Shown: in pieces, positions 26,880 to 28,553 of the stretch
Layout: every line of letters starts with the position of its first letter
Numbering within the stretch: position 1 is the stretch's first letter
Origin: a virus
Taxonomy: Duplodnaviria > Caudoviricetes
Length of the DNA: 28,553 nt
Strand: one strand, 5' to 3'
IMG/VR virus record: IMGVR_UViG_3300044267_002921
Span: 1 to 28,553 of that record
Notes under the pieces: model-generated
What the model was told of the DNA's origin: nothing
The model's database searches: none
The model's input: only the letters and a program-made list of their open reading frames with translations
Made by a program: the position numbers and the translations under genes

Positions 26880-27095
26880 TCATTTAGTCTGTTGTTCATG
26901 TTTATATTTAACTCGCGCCTTGTCACGAGCTTGTAGTCGCCTCGTAATGAGGCGTATTAATTCCGATCCGTCTCCTGTACTAAAGACTTTGGGAAACTTT
27001 TTGTTCCTCCAACTTCTTGGCTTAGCTTCATACCAGCCATCCATACGAATAACTAGTTTAACAAGCCGTAACATGAAACGATGTTTGATCGACAT
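26880..27095 (-). CDS. Small basic hypothetical protein
   Basis: 71 aa. TGATG coupling to the HD gene supports ATG 27095. Confidence 0.65.
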   Translation of the reverse strand: MSIKHRFMLRLVKLVIRMDGWYEAKPRSWRNKKFPKVFSTGDGSELIRLITRRLQARDKARVKYKHEQQTK

Positions 27096-27658
27096 CAATC
27101 TGGTTGAATTATGGTAGTTTCTTTTTCTGGGGTTTCTTCACCAGCCCCTGCGTCTTCGTCGCTTTCAGTCGAAGGCGGCGGAAATACGACATTATGCCAG
27201 TGATCCAAGATGATCTTTTTGGCTTTGTTGTATCTCGTTTGGAGCGAGGGGATTGCATTTTTTATATTATCTTCTAGATCTGCTAGTTTCACTAATGATG
27301 CCAGAGGATTTGTTAGTACCTGTTTCTCAATGTAATCAAAGTAAGTTTGATCTTTGCTGCGGGTTAAAGCTTTTACAGCTTCTAACCCGAACTCATTAAG
27401 AACTGTGGCTAACTCTTCCTCAGTAATATCAGTGTCTTCTAATATATCATGCGCGAGAGCTACATCCAACATAAGGGGTGCAGCGTTTTGTCTTACCAGT
27501 CTCAGGGAGTGAGGGTAGTGGTCGCAGGGCTGTAAAAGCCCCACGAATACCCTAAACAGATGCTCTATTTGAGGATCTGTTTTTCCATCTTCCCTGTTTC
27601 CCACGCGGGTTTGCCCCGCATGGTACTTAAGGACTAGCATTAATAGCTCAGTATTCAT
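27095..27658 (-). CDS. Stand-alone RelA/SpoT-type HD hydrolase (small alarmone hydrolase / Mesh1-like)
   Basis: Motifs HAGQTR, PQIEH, ALAHDILEDT, V.ALT and VKLADLEDN match the (p)ppGpp hydrolase HD domain. No synthetase domain. Confidence 0.88.
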   Translation of the reverse strand: MNTELLMLVLKYHAGQTRVGNREDGKTDPQIEHLFRVFVGLLQPCDHYPHSLRLVRQNAAPLMLDVALAHDILEDTDITEEELATVLNEFGLEAVKALTRSKDQTYFDYIEKQVLTNPLASLVKLADLEDNIKNAIPSLQTRYNKAKKIILDHWHNVVFPPPSTESDEDAGAGEETPEKETTIIQPD

Positions 27659-27663
27659 AGTCG

Positions 27664-27692
27664 TATATAATCCGAATAAAGTGTTGAGTCAA
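27664..27692 (-). promoter_or_regulatory. Putative promoter of the HD hydrolase gene with an overlapping imperfect palindrome
   Basis: The - strand reads TTGACT-17 bp-TATATA-5 nt-ATG. The inverted repeat AATAAA(gt)GTTGA-g-TCAACTTTATT at 27675-27699 covers the -35. Confidence 0.45.
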
Positions 27693-27694
27693 CT

Positions 27695-27729
27695 TTATTG
27701 GGTTTTGGTTATTGGTTATTGGGTTTTGA
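27695..27729. repeat. Five tandem degenerate heptamers NNNTTG(G/A)
   Basis: ttattgg gttttgg ttattgg ttattgg gttttga. Confidence 0.8.
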
Positions 27730-27804
27730 TACTGCGAAGAACCTTAGTATTAAGATTATAAGCAGTATCCATAGGAAGAACCCTATTATTAGCTTTAGTA
27801 TCAT
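27709..27804 (-). CDS. Putative 31-aa single-pass membrane mini-protein (not in the ORF track)
   Basis: MILKLIIGFFLWILLIILILRFFAVSKPNNQ*. ATGA overlap with the stop of 27801..28112. Confidence 0.6.
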   Translation of the reverse strand: MILKLIIGFFLWILLIILILRFFAVSKPNNQ

Positions 27805-28112
27805 TTTGTTTCCTCCTCGTCTTTGCTTAAGACTTTCATGGCTTCACTAATCATGAGATCAAATTGAGCATTCATCTCATCGTATACTGATCCGATGGGA
27901 TTGAACGCTTCCATGATAAGTTCTTTATGTTCTTTGAGTGTAGTCATTAGTTTTCCAACACTAACGTCTTCAACTACTTCAAAGTTAAACCAGCCCTTTC
28001 CTTTACTAACGCCGTAGATAAAGGCGGCTTTCTCCGCTTCCGAGTTAAACTCGTAAGAAGAGGCTTCTGTTTTCTCTGATCCCCAGAGAATGTTTACGGT
28101 ATGTTTAGACAT
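27801..28112 (-). CDS. Hypothetical phage protein
   Basis: 103 aa with the motif I.WG...YEF.SEAEK.AF..GV....GW. Preceded by the 33-bp repeat. Confidence 0.75.
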   Translation of the reverse strand: MSKHTVNILWGSEKTEASSYEFNSEAEKAAFIYGVSKGKGWFNFEVVEDVSVGKLMTTLKEHKELIMEAFNPIGSVYDEMNAQFDLMISEAMKVLSKDEEETK

Positions 28113-28114
28113 AA

Positions 28115-28147
28115 TATAATTACCCCCTCCGAAGAGGGGGATTTGGT
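28115..28147 (-). repeat. 33-bp intergenic direct repeat, copy 1, with C(UUCG)G hairpin
   Basis: The - strand reads ACCAAAT-CCCCCTC-TTCG-GAGGGGG-TAATTATA and is identical to 28350-28382. Confidence 0.95.
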
Positions 28148-28152
28148 TGTTT

Positions 28153-28347
28153 TTAGTTGATATCGTAGACTACAACATGTTTTGTTGTGTCATCCGATGA
28201 CAGTAGATCGTAATAATCATCGACCTCGCTGCCTTCCTCTACATTTCCTTCTACAAGATCTATAGCTTTTTTATGAGCTTCTTCTTTAGAAGGAGCCTCC
28301 ATGAGGACTTTGGTGTGTGTAGTAATAATTACTTTATATTCTTTCAC
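28153..28347 (-). CDS. Small acidic hypothetical phage protein
   Basis: 64 aa with a GTG start and the pattern MKEYKV......V.MEA.S.EEA...A. Flanked by the two 33-bp repeats. Confidence 0.75.
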   Translation of the reverse strand: MKEYKVIITTHTKVLMEAPSKEEAHKKAIDLVEGNVEEGSEVDDYYDLLSSDDTTKHVVVYDIN

Positions 28348-28349
28348 GG

Positions 28350-28382
28350 TATAATTACCCCCTCCGAAGAGGGGGATTTGGT
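28350..28382 (-). repeat. 33-bp intergenic direct repeat, copy 2
   Basis: Identical to copy 1. Followed on the + strand by an extra ATTTGGT heptamer (28383-28389). Confidence 0.95.
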
Positions 28383-28389
28383 ATTTGGT

Positions 28390-28553
28390 TTACTTACTCT
28401 TTTCGTCTAGGAAAAGAGGAGCTGCTATTTTCTGGTAGTCCCACTCACTTGGATGTTCACCGAATATAGGGCTTACCTCACAGCCGATTTGATTCAAGAC
28501 TGACACGTATTTGTGTAAGTTTTTCTTGAACCAATAATAACTGAAGGACTGCT
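28390..28553 (-). CDS. Hypothetical protein, 3' end only (start lies beyond the window)
   Basis: One - frame is open from the edge: QSFSYYWFKKNLHKYVSVLNQIGCEVSPIFGEHPSEWDYQKIAAPLFLDEKSK*. It stops just before repeat copy 2. Confidence 0.6.
   Translation of the reverse strand, partial: QSFSYYWFKKNLHKYVSVLNQIGCEVSPIFGEHPSEWDYQKIAAPLFLDEKSK

Larger units (their letters stand above)
1..28553. mobile_element. Tailed bacteriophage (Caudoviricetes) genome segment: virion/lysis module plus accessory small-gene module
   Basis: Tail fibre, holins, endolysin, giant virion-type protein and tightly packed or overlapping genes in two convergent blocks. No host housekeeping genes. Free phage versus prophage cannot be distinguished here. 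Confidence 0.93.

Noticed and set aside
24218-27117. Plus-strand ORFs 24218..24415, 25491..25853 and 26920..27117
   Set aside because: Antisense to or overlapping better-supported - strand genes, with no recognisable features.
28115-28382. CRISPR array (33-bp palindromic repeats)
   Set aside because: Only two copies, separated by 202 bp containing a whole ORF rather than a 30-40 bp spacer. No cas genes in the window.
1-28553. Stop-codon reassignment
   Set aside because: Long genes are intact under code 11, and TAA, TAG and TGA all end genes at tight junctions.

Overview
This window is a fragment of an AT-rich tailed dsDNA bacteriophage, probably podovirus-like and probably with a Gram-negative host (inferred from gene order and lipoproteins). 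It uses the standard genetic code and most starts lack a Shine-Dalgarno. The + strand block (1-23669) is a late/virion module. It holds a 5'-truncated VGIGTT-repeat tail fibre, a protein with nine NPD(Y/F) repeats, and a lysis cassette: two small holin-like genes missed by the ORF track, an overlapping Rz/Rz1-like pair and a TIGR02594-type NlpC/P60 endolysin. Tail and adaptor proteins follow, then a run of putative internal virion (ejection) proteins ending in a 3740-aa giant with an HExxH motif. The - strand block (23674-28553) is a dense array of small genes: Lys/Arg-rich proteins, a split DUF5872-like pair, exported and lipoproteins, a small zincin, an HNH-like protein and a stand-alone RelA/SpoT-type HD hydrolase. 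At the right end, consecutive genes are each preceded by an identical 33-bp repeat containing a C(UUCG)G hairpin. I found no rRNA, tRNA, CRISPR array, integrase, reverse transcriptase, capsid, portal or terminase. All family names come from motif recall, not database searches.
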